A stretch of 64,000 nt of DNA from Candidatus Latescibacterota bacterium (GCA_965218365.1 OZ244619.1:3715231-3779230); one strand, 5' to 3'; counted from the first letter of the stretch, positions 49,786 to 61,339 are shown. A program made the numbers and translations. Notes: generated from the sequence alone by a model not told the origin.

Positions 49786-50946
49786 ATGATCATCGGCGTT
49801 CCCAAAGAGACCTATCCCGGGGAAAAGCGCGTAGCCCTCGTTCCGGATACTCTGGCCTCCCTGATTTCAAAGGGAGTTGCGGTGCTGGTGGAGCGCGATG
49901 CGGGAAGAATGGCCGGGTTCACCGATGCGGCCTACCGGGAAAAGGGTGCCAAGATCGTCCTCTCCCGCGCCGACGTTTTCGCCCGGGCAAATGCCGTCCT
50001 CCAGGTGCGCAGCCTCGGGGCCAACCCGGAGAGAGGCCGCGCCGACCTCGAGTTCATGCGGCCCGGCCTGGTCGTCGTCGGTCAGTGCGAGCCTCTGCGC
50101 GCCCTGGAACAGGTGCAGGAACAGGCCCAACGCCGGGTAACCCTTTTCGCTCTGGAACTCATGCCGCGCATCCCGCGCGCCCAGAGCATGGACGTGCTCT
50201 CCTCCATGGCCACTATCGCCGGTTACAAGGCGGTGCTCCTGGCCGCCGGTGAGCTCCCCAAGATGTTTCCCCTGCTGATGACCGCGGCCGGTACCGCAAC
50301 CCCGGCGCGGGTCCTGGTTATCGGCGCCGGAGTCGCCGGACTGCAGGCCATTGCCACCGCCCGGCGCCTCGGCGCCGTAGTGGAAGCTTACGATGTGCGC
50401 CCGGTGGCCAGGGAACAGGTGGAAAGTCTGGGCGCCAAGTTCGTGGAGTCGGGGATGGAGAGCGAAGACAGCGAGGGGGCCGGAGGCTACGCCGTGGAGC
50501 AGGACGCCGACTTCTACCGCCGCCAGCAGCAAGCCCTGGGAAGGGTGGTGGCCGGGAGCGACGTAGTGATCACCACCGCGGCGGTTCCGGGCGGCAAGGC
50601 GCCGGTTCTGGTGGACAGAGAAATGGTGGCCAGCATGGCGCCCGGGTCGGTGGTGGTGGACCTGGAGGCCGAATACGGCGGCAATTGCGAAATCACCCGG
50701 CCGGGCGAAACCACGGTGGAATCTGGTGTGCGCATCGTCGGTACGGTAAACCTGCCGGCCACCGTGCCCCATCACGCCAGCCAGATGTTCGCCCACAATA
50801 TCTCCGCCTTCCTGGGGCATTTGCTCGAAGAGGGGGAACTGCGCCTCGACCTCGAGGACGAAATCACCGCTGGGACCCTGGTTGCCCGGGAGGGACGGAT
50901 CGTCCACCCGCAGGTTCGCGAGCGCCTAGAATCAACGGAGGTGTGA
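49786..50946 (+). CDS. pntAA: NAD(P) transhydrogenase subunit alpha, part 1 (dI)
   Basis: MIIGVPKETYPGEKRVALVPDTLASLISKGVAVLVERDAG plus the Rossmann motif VLVIGAGVAGLQAIATARRLGAVVEAYD. The alanine-dehydrogenase/PNT fold is recognisable. Confidence 0.8.
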   Translation: MIIGVPKETYPGEKRVALVPDTLASLISKGVAVLVERDAGRMAGFTDAAYREKGAKIVLSRADVFARANAVLQVRSLGANPERGRADLEFMRPGLVVVGQCEPLRALEQVQEQAQRRVTLFALELMPRIPRAQSMDVLSSMATIAGYKAVLLAAGELPKMFPLLMTAAGTATPARVLVIGAGVAGLQAIATARRLGAVVEAYDVRPVAREQVESLGAKFVESGMESEDSEGAGGYAVEQDADFYRRQQQALGRVVAGSDVVITTAAVPGGKAPVLVDREMVASMAPGSVVVDLEAEYGGNCEITRPGETTVESGVRIVGTVNLPATVPHHASQMFAHNISAFLGHLLEEGELRLDLEDEITAGTLVAREGRIVHPQVRERLESTEV

Positions 50947-51227
50947 TGGAAACACTTGTCGCCGGCTTGACTATTTTCTTCCTCGCCGTGTTCGTCGGGT
51001 TCGAGGTCATCACCAAGATCCCGCCCACCCTGCACACACCGTTGATGTCCGGATCCAACGCCATTTCCGGCGTCACCCTGATCGGGGCTCTGCTGGCTGC
51101 CGGATCCCAGCACACCGAGCTCACTACCTGGCTGGGAATCGCAGCCGTGGTCCTGGCCACCATCAACGTGGTGGGTGGTTTTCTGGTTACCCACCGCATG
51201 CTGTGGATGTTCAAGAGGCGGAACTGA
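50946..51227 (+). CDS. pntAB: NAD(P) transhydrogenase subunit alpha, part 2 (membrane dII fragment)
   Basis: 93-aa hydrophobic protein METLVAGLTIFFLAVFVGFEVITKIPPTLHTPLMSGSNAISGV.. The start overlaps the pntAA stop. Confidence 0.7.
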   Translation: METLVAGLTIFFLAVFVGFEVITKIPPTLHTPLMSGSNAISGVTLIGALLAAGSQHTELTTWLGIAAVVLATINVVGGFLVTHRMLWMFKRRN

Positions 51228-51233
51228 TTTCCT

Positions 51234-52622
51234 ATGAGCGCCGTGCTGATCAAGGCAGCCTACCTGTTGGCTTCCGTCCTTTTCATCCTTGGGCTCAAAG
51301 GGCTCACCCACCCGCGCACGGCCGTGCGCGGCAACCTTCTGGGCGCGCTGGGGATGCTGATCGCAGTGGTCGTCACCCTGCTGAATCGGCAAATCCTCAG
51401 TTTCGAGTTCATCCTCGCCGCAGTGGTGGTCGGCGCGGCCATCGGCGCCGCCCTCGCTCTCAATATCCGCATGACCGCCATGCCCCAGCTCGTGGCTCTG
51501 TTCAACGGCTTCGGGGGCGCCGCCTCGGTTCTGGTGGCTACGGCGGCCCTGGCCGAAAGCGAGGTTGAGGGAGGGGTGCCATCGGTGCAGTTCGCCGTGG
51601 CCGTGGCCGCTTCCGCGCTCATCGGCGCGGTCACCTTCTGGGGCAGCCTGTTCGCCTTCGCCAAGCTGCAGGAATGGATGAAGCGCACCGTTTCTCTTCC
51701 GGGGCTGAATTTTTTCAATGTCCTGCTGTTGCTGGCGAGCGTGGGAGCGGGTGGATGGATGGTGACCCAGTCCGTTTCCTTCGACTCCTTCTGGATCATG
51801 GTCGCCCTGGCCTCGCTCCTGGGCATTCTCCTGGTGGTGCCCATCGGCGGGGCGGACATGCCGGTGATCATCGCCTTTTTGAACTCCTGCTCGGGATTGG
51901 CGGCCGCGGCGACAGGGTTTGTTCTGGGTAACGATGTCCTCATTATCGCCGGATCTCTGGTGGGGGCCTCGGGCCTCATCCTCACCCGGATCATGTGCCG
52001 GGCGATGAACCGCTCTCTGGCCAATGTCTTTTTCGGCGGCGTCGGGGCGGCAAGGCCGGAGGCCGCCAGCGATGATGAGGTCTACGCCGGCAAGGTCAAG
52101 TCCACCTCGGCGGCGGAACTGGCCATGCTCTTCGAAGTCGCGCGCCGGGTGGTGATAGTCCCGGGCTACGGCATGGCGGTGGCCCAGGCACAGCACGCAG
52201 TGTGCGACCTGTTCAACCTGCTCGAGAGCCTCGGCATCGAGGTCGAGTTCGCCATCCATCCGGTGGCCGGGCGCATGCCGGGCCACATGAACGTGCTTCT
52301 GGCCGAGGCCGAGGTGCCCTACGACAAGTTCAAGGAGATGGTCCGCGCCAATCCAACCTTCGCCCAAAGCGACATCGCACTGGTCATAGGGGCCAACGAT
52401 GTGGTCAATCCCCTGGCGCGCACCGAGTCCACCGGTCCCATCGCCGGCATGCCGATTCTGGACGTGGACAAGGCGCGCACGGTGGTGGTGATCAAACGCA
52501 GTCTGAGTCCGGGATTTGCGGGGATCGCCAATCCGCTCTTCGCAGCCGACAACACCCTGATGTATTTCGGCAGTGCCAAGGAAGCGGTTCTGGATCTCGT
52601 CAAGGCATTGAAGGAAGGATGA
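51234..52622 (+). CDS. pntB: NAD(P) transhydrogenase subunit beta
   Basis: 462 aa with a multi-TM N-terminus and a C-terminal dIII domain (..VVIVPGYGMAVAQAQHAV..GANDVVNP..). Confidence 0.8.
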   Translation: MSAVLIKAAYLLASVLFILGLKGLTHPRTAVRGNLLGALGMLIAVVVTLLNRQILSFEFILAAVVVGAAIGAALALNIRMTAMPQLVALFNGFGGAASVLVATAALAESEVEGGVPSVQFAVAVAASALIGAVTFWGSLFAFAKLQEWMKRTVSLPGLNFFNVLLLLASVGAGGWMVTQSVSFDSFWIMVALASLLGILLVVPIGGADMPVIIAFLNSCSGLAAAATGFVLGNDVLIIAGSLVGASGLILTRIMCRAMNRSLANVFFGGVGAARPEAASDDEVYAGKVKSTSAAELAMLFEVARRVVIVPGYGMAVAQAQHAVCDLFNLLESLGIEVEFAIHPVAGRMPGHMNVLLAEAEVPYDKFKEMVRANPTFAQSDIALVIGANDVVNPLARTESTGPIAGMPILDVDKARTVVVIKRSLSPGFAGIANPLFAADNTLMYFGSAKEAVLDLVKALKEG

Positions 52623-52630
52623 TCATCTCA

Positions 52631-53671
52631 TCAACGCAGGTGAGGCTGCGCCACCTGCGGGCGTGAATCCACCACGGCGCGGAATGCTCCGATGTGGCCG
52701 GGACCGGTGCCGCAACACCCACCTACCAGATAAGCCCCTTCCTCCAGCAAATCCACCACCCCGGCGCTCATTTCCTCTGGACCCTGCTCGTAATAGGTGC
52801 GCATGTTGCGGTCGAGACGGGGAAGCCCCGCGTTGGGATAGGCCATTATGCGCTTGGACGAGATGCTTCTTTCGTCCAGGGCCCGGCGCAGTTGCCGGGT
52901 GCCGTTTAATGCATAGGGCATGCCGGTGTGCTCGCTGCGCCTCGATTCGGCGCCGCAATTGGTGCCGAGTATGTGGACCCAATCGAGCAGATTGTCACCC
53001 CTGGAAAATTCGCCGGCAGCGAGAATGTCCAGCAGATCGGCGGGTGAATGACCCCAATCGGTGCGATATACGGTTGCGCCGCTTCGGCGGTCCCGGGTGT
53101 ACTTGTAGGTCATGTTCACCGCGATGGGCAGCCCGAACCCTCGCAGCACCTCCACCGCCAGGGCCGCCTCTTTGGCTGAAAACATGGTTTCCACGCAAAA
53201 GAAGTCGACCCCGCCCTCAGCCAGCGCATTCCCCAGTCTTTCGTGCGCCTCTCTGACGGCGGAGTTGGAAATGCCCAGGTCCACGTCGCCGCTGTCGGCT
53301 TCGATGGCGCCCGGAGAAGGACCGATGGAGCCGGCGATATAGGCGTCTCTGCCGCTCTTTTCGACCGCCCTTCGGGCATGCTCCACCGCAAGCCTGACGA
53401 TGCGGTCCGCGTCCGCTCCGTCTTTCCCGGCCATGTCGAGGTGCAAGGTGGAAGCTACGAAGGTATTGGTCCCGATGGCATCGGCGCCGGCGTCGAGATA
53501 GGCGGAGTGAATTTCTACCACCGTGTCGGGATTCGATTCGTTGGCCAGGGAGCTGTTGACCAGTTCCACGCCGCGGTGAAACAAGGTGGCGCCGAATCCC
53601 CCATCGTAGATCATGGGAGTGGGATCCTGCAGTCGTTTCAGAAATGGAATCACGGGAATTTCTCGTCGCAA
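52631..53671 (-). CDS. Homocysteine S-methyltransferase-family (Hcy-binding domain) protein
   Basis: ..[38 protein letters not shown]...VAGSIGP...[14 protein letters not shown] follows PF02574 collinearly, including the zinc-binding GGCCG. Confidence 0.65.
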   Translation of the reverse strand: MRREIPVIPFLKRLQDPTPMIYDGGFGATLFHRGVELVNSSLANESNPDTVVEIHSAYLDAGADAIGTNTFVASTLHLDMAGKDGADADRIVRLAVEHARRAVEKSGRDAYIAGSIGPSPGAIEADSGDVDLGISNSAVREAHERLGNALAEGGVDFFCVETMFSAKEAALAVEVLRGFGLPIAVNMTYKYTRDRRSGATVYRTDWGHSPADLLDILAAGEFSRGDNLLDWVHILGTNCGAESRRSEHTGMPYALNGTRQLRRALDERSISSKRIMAYPNAGLPRLDRNMRTYYEQGPEEMSAGVVDLLEEGAYLVGGCCGTGPGHIGAFRAVVDSRPQVAQPHLR

Positions 53672-53779
53672 AGGGAGGTGTCATCAAAATATCCCAATGT
53701 TGACATCTGTCAATATATCCCTAGCTTCTCGAAACCCGATTTGACCCCCCTGAACTCATCGCGCAAGAGGACGCAATCC

Positions 53780-55111
53780 ATGACGACGAATACTGCAAGA
53801 GCGGAAACAGAAAGAAACGGCAAGATGGACTACAAGGTAGCCGACATTGCCCAGGCGGCCTGGGGCCGCGAGGAAATCATTCTCGCCGAAAAGGAGATGC
53901 CCGGCCTGATGGCTCTGCGCCGGGAATACGGCGGCCGCAAGCCGCTCGCGGGCGCCCGCATTTCCGGCTCGCTGCACATGACCATCCAGACCGCCGTCCT
54001 CATCGAAACCCTCATCGCTCTGGGCGCCCGCGTGAGGTGGGCATCGTGCAATATCTTTTCCACCCAGGACCACGCCGCGGCGGCCATCGCCCGGGAGGAG
54101 ATTCCGGTATTCGCCTGGAAGGGAGAGACCGAAGAAGAATACTGGTGGTGCACCAACCAGACCTTGTACTGGCCCGGAGGCGAAGGGCCCAACCTGATCC
54201 TGGACGACGGCGGCGATCTGACCAACTGGGTGCATCGCCGGCGCCCGGAGATGCTCGGCGAGATCCGCGGCACCTCCGAGGAGACCACCACGGGGGTGCA
54301 CAATCTCTACCGCATGATGGAGCAGGGCGAACTCAGAATCGCAGCCATCAATGTCAACGACAGCGTGACCAAGTCCAAGTTCGACAATCTCTACGGCTGC
54401 CGTGAGTCGCTCCTGGACGGGATCAAGCGGGCCACGGATATCATGGTGTCGGGCAAGGTGGCGGTGGTGGCGGGATACGGGGACGTGGGCAAAGGCTGCG
54501 TCCAGTGCATGAAGGAGTTCGGAGCCCGCGTCATCGTCACCGAGGTGGACCCGATCTGCGCCCTGCAGGCGGCCATGGAGGGCATAGAGGTCATTCCCAT
54601 GGATCAGGCGGTGGAAGAAGGCGATATCTTCGTGACCACGACGGGGTGCAGGGATGTCCTCACCCTCGATCACATGATCAGGATGAAGGACGGGGCCATA
54701 GTGTGCAACATCGGTCACTTCGACATTGAGATTCAGGTGGAGGCGCTGAACGGTTTTCAGGGGATCATCAAGGAGACGATCAAGCCGCAAGTGGACAAAT
54801 ACACCTTTCCCGACGGCCACTGCATCATTCTCCTGGCCGAGGGACGGCTGGTGAACCTGGGCTGCGCCACCGGGCACCCCTCCTTCGTGATGTCCATGTC
54901 CTTCACCAACCAGGTCCTGGCGCAAATCGAATTGTTCACCAACGACTACGAGGTGGGAGTCCATCGCCTGCCGCGAAAATTGGACGAACAGGTGGCGCGT
55001 CTGCACCTGGAGAAACTGGGGGTAAAGCTGGATCGACTCAGTGGCGGACAGGCGAATTATCTAGGCGTCGAAGCGCAGGGGCCGTACAAGCCGGAGCACT
55101 ACAAGTACTAG
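53780..55111 (+). CDS. ahcY: Adenosylhomocysteinase (S-adenosyl-L-homocysteine hydrolase)
   Basis: ..[60 protein letters not shown]...[14 protein letters not shown]... is highly conserved AhcY. It is divergent from the Hcy-methyltransferase gene, consistent with a methyl-cycle locus. Confidence 0.85.
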   Translation: MTTNTARAETERNGKMDYKVADIAQAAWGREEIILAEKEMPGLMALRREYGGRKPLAGARISGSLHMTIQTAVLIETLIALGARVRWASCNIFSTQDHAAAAIAREEIPVFAWKGETEEEYWWCTNQTLYWPGGEGPNLILDDGGDLTNWVHRRRPEMLGEIRGTSEETTTGVHNLYRMMEQGELRIAAINVNDSVTKSKFDNLYGCRESLLDGIKRATDIMVSGKVAVVAGYGDVGKGCVQCMKEFGARVIVTEVDPICALQAAMEGIEVIPMDQAVEEGDIFVTTTGCRDVLTLDHMIRMKDGAIVCNIGHFDIEIQVEALNGFQGIIKETIKPQVDKYTFPDGHCIILLAEGRLVNLGCATGHPSFVMSMSFTNQVLAQIELFTNDYEVGVHRLPRKLDEQVARLHLEKLGVKLDRLSGGQANYLGVEAQGPYKPEHYKY

Positions 55112-55505
55112 TGCCTGCTTGCGCAATTCCGCGTGAATTCGTCCGCCGCTGCATCCCGTCTCGCGGCGTTGCCCTCGCTCGCCGTACACCCCCGGTACGA
55201 CTCGCTCAGGCGCCTGGCGAGCCGGGCGCAATCGGCGCCTTCGTTCGTACGCTTACTTACGCGCGCAGGCACTAGTTCTGTTTCGCAGGATGGCCGGGGC
55301 GGGGGTCGATGGCGCTTGCTGCCGGGATAGTCCGGTGCTTCAGGAGGGAGCCACTATCACACCGCCGCCCCCCCTGCCGGAATGGGTCGATCCTTCCAGC
55401 GGGAGCCACTATCGCGCCGCCGACCGGGGTAGGCCGGTTGCTGATTACAGGCCGGGCTGGCGCGGAGGTGGGTCACCGAGCCGGCGTTTTCCAATAATTT
55501 CCAGT

Positions 55506-56192
55506 TTATTCCGCCGCCGTCCCGGAGCGGATCTCGGCGATCCAGCCGATAAGCTCCCGCACCTTTGCGGCGAGGGCTTCAAAGTCGCGGGAGGCGATGA
55601 TCTCCCGCGTGATCAGGGTGGAACCGATGCCGACGCAGGCGACACCGGCCCCGAACCACGCCTCCATGCTCTCGCGGCTGGCGTCCACTCCTCCGGTGGG
55701 CATGATGCGGGTCCAGGGACAGGGCCCCAATACCGCTTTGACGAAGGATGGACCACCCACTTCCTTTCCCGGAAAAACCTTGACGATCTCCACACCCAGC
55801 TCTTCGGCCCGGGCGATCTCGCTGACGCTGCCGCATCCGGGCGAGTAGGCGATCTTGCGGCGATTGCAGAGGCGGGCGACCTCGGGATTGAGCAGGGGGC
55901 CGACCACGAAGTTGGCGCCGTTGCCGATGTAGAGGGCGGCGGTGGGAGCGTCCACGACCGAGCCGACGCCGAGGATGACGTCGACTTTGTTGGCGATGAT
56001 GTGTTGCATGGCGGCGGCGAAGACGTGGTGGGCAAGGTCGCCGCGATTGGTGAATTCCACTGCCCGGGCGCCTCCTCTGGCGCAGGCCTCTATGATGGAG
56101 ATGACGGTCTCGGCGTTTTGGTGGTAGAACACCGGAACAACGCCGACGTCGAGGATGGCGTTGAGGACGGCCATCCTGTCGTACTGGGCCAT
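55506..56192 (-). CDS. eda: KDPG / 4-hydroxy-2-oxoglutarate aldolase (Eda family)
   Basis: ..VVPVFYHQNAETVISIIEACARGGARAVEFTNR....ILGVGSVVDAPTAALYIGNGANFVVGPLLNPEV... has the Eda topology (VvPVi...ea.a.GG...iEvT.rt; GAGTV...a.GA.F.vSP). Confidence 0.7.
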   Translation of the reverse strand: MAQYDRMAVLNAILDVGVVPVFYHQNAETVISIIEACARGGARAVEFTNRGDLAHHVFAAAMQHIIANKVDVILGVGSVVDAPTAALYIGNGANFVVGPLLNPEVARLCNRRKIAYSPGCGSVSEIARAEELGVEIVKVFPGKEVGGPSFVKAVLGPCPWTRIMPTGGVDASRESMEAWFGAGVACVGIGSTLITREIIASRDFEALAAKVRELIGWIAEIRSGTAAE

Positions 56193-56420
56193 GGCATACT
56201 CCTTTTATCGTGACTCGGCGGTCTATTTCCGCGGTCAGAATATAGGGGGTCCCAACTACCTCTGCCAGCCGCCATGACCTTCCGATTCTCGCTTGCCACC
56301 AAGGCGTCGAACCATCGGCGCCCGCCCCCGCGAAGCTTGCCCTGTATACCTTGGCCGGATTCGAATCCAGTTGATCCCGCCGGAAAGTGGATATAACTTC
56401 ATTGCACCGGAGGTGAGCAG

Positions 56421-57653
56421 ATGGTTGGATTACAGGTAAACGAGGGCTTGCTGGCAGACGTCGCCTACTTTGCCGACGAGAGGCGCCGGATGATCGAGTT
56501 TTTCGGCTTCGAGCAGCGCCGTGTCATTTTTGGGGAAGGGGCGCTCCACACTCTGGGGCAGGAGTGCGGCCGGCTGGGAGCCGGGCGCGTTTTTCTGGTG
56601 CGCGATCCGGGGATAGAAGCCTTGGAGGCACCGGTGCGAGCCGCCCTCGGAGAAGTGGAGGTGGTGGGGGTGTACGACGACATTGTACCCAACCCCACAG
56701 TGGACAGCGTCGACCGCTTTGCAGCCAGGATGGGGACGGTGGAGTGCGATGCGGTCGTTGCATTGGGCGGGGGCAGCACTCTCGACACGGTCAAGACCGG
56801 GCTCTGCGTTGCGAGCGCAGGCGGGTCCGTGGCGGATTTGCTGGGAATCGATCTGGTGCCGGAGGCGGCGCGCTGGCCTTTGATCGCAATCCCAACCACC
56901 GCGGGTACGGGAAGCGAGGTCAGCCGCGGCGCGGTGGTGGCGGACGAGAGCGGCAAAAAGGGGGTTATCAGCGATCACCTGTGGCCCAGAGTAGCCATCG
57001 TGGATCCGCAAATGAGCCGCGACATGCCGCCTGGGCTGACTGCCACCACCGGGCTCGACGCCCTGGGCCATGCCATCGAGTGCATGGCCTCCAAGCTGAC
57101 CAACTCCATCGGCGACGCCGTGGCTCGCGAGGCATTGCAGGCCGGCTGTCCCTGGATCGTGCGAGCCATCGAGAAGGGTGCCGAGGATCCTCAGGCGCGC
57201 TACCAGATGGCGCGCTGCAGCCTGCTGGCGGGCCTGCTCCTCAGTCACATCAATACGGGCGCAGCCCACGCCTTGGGCTACGGCATCGAGAAGTTGTCCG
57301 CCGCGGCCGGCAGGCCCGTGCCCCACGGCACGGCGGTAGCCCTTATGCTGCCGGGGGTGATGCGCCACAATATGGCCGCGGTGGCGGACAAGTACTACTA
57401 CGCGGCCGGGGTGGCGGGCTTGGACCTGGGTGGCAGGAGCCGCGAGGAGGGAGTGAGGATGGCGGCCGGGTGGGTAGACCATCTCAGGCGCGCCCACACT
57501 CCCTTCGGCTCGCTGCAGACAGCGGGCCTGGGGGCCGACCATATCCCGCAAATGGTGGAAATCGGCCTGTCCGTGCGCCGCCTGATGGACCAGAACCCGG
57601 TGGAAGTGAGCGCTGCGGAGGCGGCTGCGATCTATCGCGGGGTGCTGACCTGA
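56421..57653 (+). CDS. Iron-containing (group III) alcohol dehydrogenase
   Basis: ..VVALGGGSTLDTVKTG... plus the His-rich metal site ..LDALGHAIE... ..HALGYGI... is the Fe-ADH layout. The start could alternatively be the internal MIEFFGFEQ (56490). Confidence 0.7.
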   Translation: MVGLQVNEGLLADVAYFADERRRMIEFFGFEQRRVIFGEGALHTLGQECGRLGAGRVFLVRDPGIEALEAPVRAALGEVEVVGVYDDIVPNPTVDSVDRFAARMGTVECDAVVALGGGSTLDTVKTGLCVASAGGSVADLLGIDLVPEAARWPLIAIPTTAGTGSEVSRGAVVADESGKKGVISDHLWPRVAIVDPQMSRDMPPGLTATTGLDALGHAIECMASKLTNSIGDAVAREALQAGCPWIVRAIEKGAEDPQARYQMARCSLLAGLLLSHINTGAAHALGYGIEKLSAAAGRPVPHGTAVALMLPGVMRHNMAAVADKYYYAAGVAGLDLGGRSREEGVRMAAGWVDHLRRAHTPFGSLQTAGLGADHIPQMVEIGLSVRRLMDQNPVEVSAAEAAAIYRGVLT

Positions 57654-57713
57654 CAAGCAGCAGGATCGGAGACCAACCAGACAAAACCAACCGCAAATCG
57701 AAAGGAGTCGACC

Positions 57714-59051
57714 ATGTCCAAGTTTCCCGAAGTTTCGCGCTCCATGGAGCTCTACAAACGCGCCGGCGAAATCATTCCCGGGTGGACCCAGTTGATCAGC
57801 CGCCGGGCGAGCCAGTTGGCCCTTGGGATCAATCCGGTCTATGCCCGAAGTGCCAAAGGGGCGCGCTTCGTCGACGTGGACGGCAACGAGTACATCGACT
57901 GGATCAACGCGGTCAGCGCCGTGATTCTGGGCCACGCCGACGAGGTGGTGGACGCGGCGGTCAAGGAGCAGATCGACCGCGGCAGCATCTACACCGTCAA
58001 CGATCCTCAGGAAATCGAGCTGGCCGAGGAGTTGATCGCCACCATACCCAGCGCCGAGATGGTGCGCTATACCAAGGGCGGAGGCGAGGCCTGTGCGGTG
58101 GCGGTGCGCATTGCAAGGGGAACCACGAACAAGGACAAGATCCTTTTCTGCGGCTATCACGGCTGGCACGACTGGTACCAATCGGCGAACTACCTGGTGG
58201 ACCCGGAAAGCGGTGAGTACCCCTTTGCCAACATCGACCCCACCGGGGTTCCCCGCGTTCTCGCCGGCACGGCCATACCCTTTTCCTACGGCGACCTCGA
58301 CATGCTGGGGGATCTGCTCAAGGAGCATCGCGGCGAGGTGGCGGCGGTCATGATGGAGCCGGCGCGCTCGGAACTGCCCGAGCCCGGTTATCTGGAGGCG
58401 GTAAAAGACCTGGCGCACGAGCACGATGCCCTGCTGATCTTCGACGAAGTATCCTGTGGCTGGCGTTGCAGACTCGGCGGAATCCAGCAATACGTGGGGG
58501 TGACCCCCGACATGACCACGGTGGCCAAGTCCATGTCCAACGGCTACGCCATGGGTGCGGTGGTGGGCTCGCGCGCGGCGATGGAGCCGGCGGCGCGCAT
58601 GTTCATCTCCAGCTCCTACTGGAGCGACAACGTGGGACTGGCCGCAGCCATCGCCACCATTCGCGAGTTGAAGCGCAGAAATTCCGAGACCTTCTTCGAG
58701 GAGTTCGGCGAGAAGATACGCGCGGCCATGAACCAGGCCATTGCGGCGGCAGGTCTGTCGGGTTCCTGCACCGGGCTCTACGTCAATCCGACCATTTCTC
58801 TGGACCTGCCCGATCCGGCGCTGCAACCCAAGGTAGCGACCTTGTTCGTCCAGGAGATGGCGCGGCGCGGGGTGCACTCTTTCATGGGCTTCAAGGCAAC
58901 CATGGCGCATACGGTAGAGGATATCGAGATCACGGCGCGAAAGGCCACCGAGGCCTTGCAGGTGATCAAGTCGGGGCTGGATTCGGGGGACCTGGACAGC
59001 CTGCTGGTATGCAATACGAAGGAAGATCCCTTTCGCCGGCAGGTGCGGTAA
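57714..59051 (+). CDS. Class III PLP-dependent aminotransferase (glutamate-1-semialdehyde aminomutase-like)
   Basis: ..[16 protein letters not shown]...[14 protein letters not shown]... and ..[12 protein letters not shown]...[24 protein letters not shown], with the lysine in the AKSMSNG motif. Confidence 0.7.
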   Translation: MSKFPEVSRSMELYKRAGEIIPGWTQLISRRASQLALGINPVYARSAKGARFVDVDGNEYIDWINAVSAVILGHADEVVDAAVKEQIDRGSIYTVNDPQEIELAEELIATIPSAEMVRYTKGGGEACAVAVRIARGTTNKDKILFCGYHGWHDWYQSANYLVDPESGEYPFANIDPTGVPRVLAGTAIPFSYGDLDMLGDLLKEHRGEVAAVMMEPARSELPEPGYLEAVKDLAHEHDALLIFDEVSCGWRCRLGGIQQYVGVTPDMTTVAKSMSNGYAMGAVVGSRAAMEPAARMFISSSYWSDNVGLAAAIATIRELKRRNSETFFEEFGEKIRAAMNQAIAAAGLSGSCTGLYVNPTISLDLPDPALQPKVATLFVQEMARRGVHSFMGFKATMAHTVEDIEITARKATEALQVIKSGLDSGDLDSLLVCNTKEDPFRRQVR

Positions 59052-59058
59052 ACTGAGG

Positions 59059-59481
59059 ATGGTCCGTGGACAAGGAGACGTGGAAATGGGGGAAAAGGTA
59101 GTCAAGAGTGCGGAGGAGTGGCGCGAGCAACTCACCCCGGAGCAGTTCGAGGTTGCGCGGCAGAAGGGGACTGAGCGGGCCTTTAGCGGGGAGTATTACA
59201 ACTTCAAAGGGGACGGCCTCTACGCCTGCGTCTGCTGCGGCAGTGAGTTGTTCAGCTCGGAGACCAAGTACGACTCGGGAACGGGCTGGCCCAGCTTCTG
59301 GGAACCGATAGCCGCCGAACGGGTGCGGGAAGAGGAGGACAAGAATTACGGGATGGTGCGCGTGGAGGTGTTGTGCAGCGGATGCGATGCCCACCTGGGC
59401 CATGTCTTTCCCGACGGACCGCAGCCAACGGGACAGCGCTATTGCATGAATTCGGCGGCTCTCAAGTTCGCTCCCCGATAA
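59059..59481 (+). CDS. msrB: Peptide-methionine (R)-S-oxide reductase MsrB
   Basis: ..[53 protein letters not shown]...[16 protein letters not shown]....RYCMNSAAL is a textbook MsrB sequence with both CxxC pairs. An alternative start is the second ATG (59086) with the better RBS. Confidence 0.8.
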   Translation: MVRGQGDVEMGEKVVKSAEEWREQLTPEQFEVARQKGTERAFSGEYYNFKGDGLYACVCCGSELFSSETKYDSGTGWPSFWEPIAAERVREEEDKNYGMVRVEVLCSGCDAHLGHVFPDGPQPTGQRYCMNSAALKFAPR

Positions 59482-59641
59482 GAAGGCCGAGGCCTTGTGC
59501 GGAAAGTTGGAACTCCGGAAGAGCACCCCAGGTAAGCGATTTTCCCATTCCCGTCGGTTCTTTTAACCCCTTCCCTCTCATGGATAGGCCGTCGCCGGGC
59601 TCGAACAGGTGCAGGCCTTTCCACTCTTTCCCCCAGGGCCA

Positions 59642-60028
59642 TCACTCGGGATAGAGATCAATGGTCTCTCCCTTGTCGGTCGTGAAAGTCAGGTGTGCGC
59701 CGCTAAGGCTGGCGCCGGATTCATTATTGCGGTGCAGGCGGACCCGGCACCCCGGCCAGGGATTCTCGACGCTGCAATCGCGCCCGGCTTCGCGGTGGAT
59801 TTTGACGAACCTGACCCTGCCCCCTTTGAGCTCGCTGCTCGCCAGAAAGGCGCCGTTGCAGCGGATATTCTCGAACCTGGCGTCCCTATCCGGCGGCCAT
59901 ACCTTGAACAGCCGCAGCACCCCCTGATGTGACATGCAGAGCATCATGTTGACGCTGACGATGGCCGCGGTGCAAAGCCCGATGCTGTGGGGATTGTCTC
60001 CGTGCTTTAAGCCGTTGGGATGTTTCAT
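59642..60028 (-). CDS. Hypothetical protein
   Basis: 128-aa ORF with no recognisable domain. It is kept because it is non-overlapping and has in-phase codon bias. Confidence 0.25.
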   Translation of the reverse strand: MKHPNGLKHGDNPHSIGLCTAAIVSVNMMLCMSHQGVLRLFKVWPPDRDARFENIRCNGAFLASSELKGGRVRFVKIHREAGRDCSVENPWPGCRVRLHRNNESGASLSGAHLTFTTDKGETIDLYPE

Positions 60029-60205
60029 GGTCGCTCAGCGGCGCAGGTGGTGGAGGATAGTTCCGGGGTCAAAACCTACTTGCACCGCCGCAGGGTAGAA
60101 GCTGTTGGTGCCGTTGCCGTCGTACCAGCCGTGGAGCGCCTCGATGGTGTTGCGGGCAATCGAAAACGTTGCGATGCTGGGAAACGATGCGCCGGCTTTC
60201 CTGGT

Positions 60206-61339
60206 TCATGCGCTTTTCAGCGCCTCCCGCAGGGCATCCAGCAGTTTTTCGATGTCGCCCATGGTATTGTAGCCGTGGATCGCGACCCGCAGCCGCCCGG
60301 CGTGGCTCATGATGTGGACGTTGCGCTGGTGCAGAATGCGGTTGATGTGTTCGGCGCCCGGGTGGCGGAAGGAGACGATCCCGGCCAGCGCGTCCGCCTC
60401 CTCCGGGGTGATCAGCTCCACCGGCAACTTCTTCAGGCCCTCCAGACACGCCTGCACCAGGGGGTCGGCGTGACCGGCGATGGCCTCCACCCCGGCCGAA
60501 TCGATATAGCCGAGGGCGGCGTTCACCGCGTATACCGCGGCGTAGTTGGGCATTCCCACGCTGAAGCTGTCGGCGCCCGGCTTGCTGACCGCGCGCTCGA
60601 AGCGGTCCCCGCGCAAAAAGGGATCCTCCAGATTGAACCAGCCGCCGGCGGGCACGGTCCACTCCGCCGTCCGCCTCCGGGGCACCCCGACCAGGCCGCC
60701 GCCGTGAGTGGCGAGAATCCACTTGTGGGTGGAGCTGACGATCAGGTCGGCGCCCTCCAGGTTGAGGGGAACCCGCCCCAGGGCCTGGGTCACGTCCACC
60801 GCGACCAGGGCGGCCGAATGGCGCCGGGTGGTTTCCACCACCGCCTCCAGGGGCACCTTGAAACCGTTGAAGAAGCTCACCAGGGAAACGGCGAGGAGGC
60901 GCGTTCTGGGGCCGAGCAGTAGTTGCAGGTCGTCGAGGCGCAAGGCGCCCTGGCGCGCCCGCCACACCTTGACCGCGGCGGCGCAACTGGGTTGCAGCCA
61001 CGGAGTGGCGCCGGCGGGGAAATCCAGATCGGTGATGATCACCTCGTCCCCGGGCCGTAGTTGGAGGGCGAGGGCGGCCAGGTTGTAGGCTTCGGAAGAG
61101 CACGAGCAGAGGCCGATTTCCTCCGGCTCCAGCCCCAGGGCCCGGGCCGCCCGCGCCCGCAGCGACCGGCGCTGGGCTTCGTGGAGCTGGCGCCCGTCCA
61201 TGCCGAGCAATTTGTCCTCGCCGTACTGTGCCAGGGCGTCGAGAACGACCCGGGGCGGGATGCCCTCCGCCGCTGTATTCAGGTATGCCTGGTTCTCCAG
61301 GGAGGGGAAATCCCTCCGCCGCGAGGCTTGGTCAAGCAA
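60206..61339 (-). CDS. Class V aminotransferase (cysteine desulfurase / isopenicillin-N-epimerase-like)
   Basis: ..AYLNTAAEGIPP....EVIITDLDFPAG....ADLIVSSTHKWILATHGGGLVGV has the PLP lysine in the SSTHKW motif. Confidence 0.7.
   Translation of the reverse strand: MLDQASRRRDFPSLENQAYLNTAAEGIPPRVVLDALAQYGEDKLLGMDGRQLHEAQRRSLRARAARALGLEPEEIGLCSCSSEAYNLAALALQLRPGDEVIITDLDFPAGATPWLQPSCAAAVKVWRARQGALRLDDLQLLLGPRTRLLAVSLVSFFNGFKVPLEAVVETTRRHSAALVAVDVTQALGRVPLNLEGADLIVSSTHKWILATHGGGLVGVPRRRTAEWTVPAGGWFNLEDPFLRGDRFERAVSKPGADSFSVGMPNYAAVYAVNAALGYIDSAGVEAIAGHADPLVQACLEGLKKLPVELITPEEADALAGIVSFRHPGAEHINRILHQRNVHIMSHAGRLRVAIHGYNTMGDIEKLLDALREALKSA

Noticed and set aside
55107-55277. ~12-bp inverted repeat (actagtgcctgc / gcaggcactagt) flanking ~140 bp after ahcY, and a 22-bp direct repeat at 55342 and 55397
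   Set aside because: The repeats are short and there are no coding or structural consequences I could establish. They could be a terminator or REP-like element, but the evidence is too thin to call.
55290-56213. 307-aa + strand ORF overlapping eda
   Set aside because: It is antisense to a well-conserved KDPG aldolase gene. It is Gly/Ala/Asp-rich and typical of a high-GC antisense frame.
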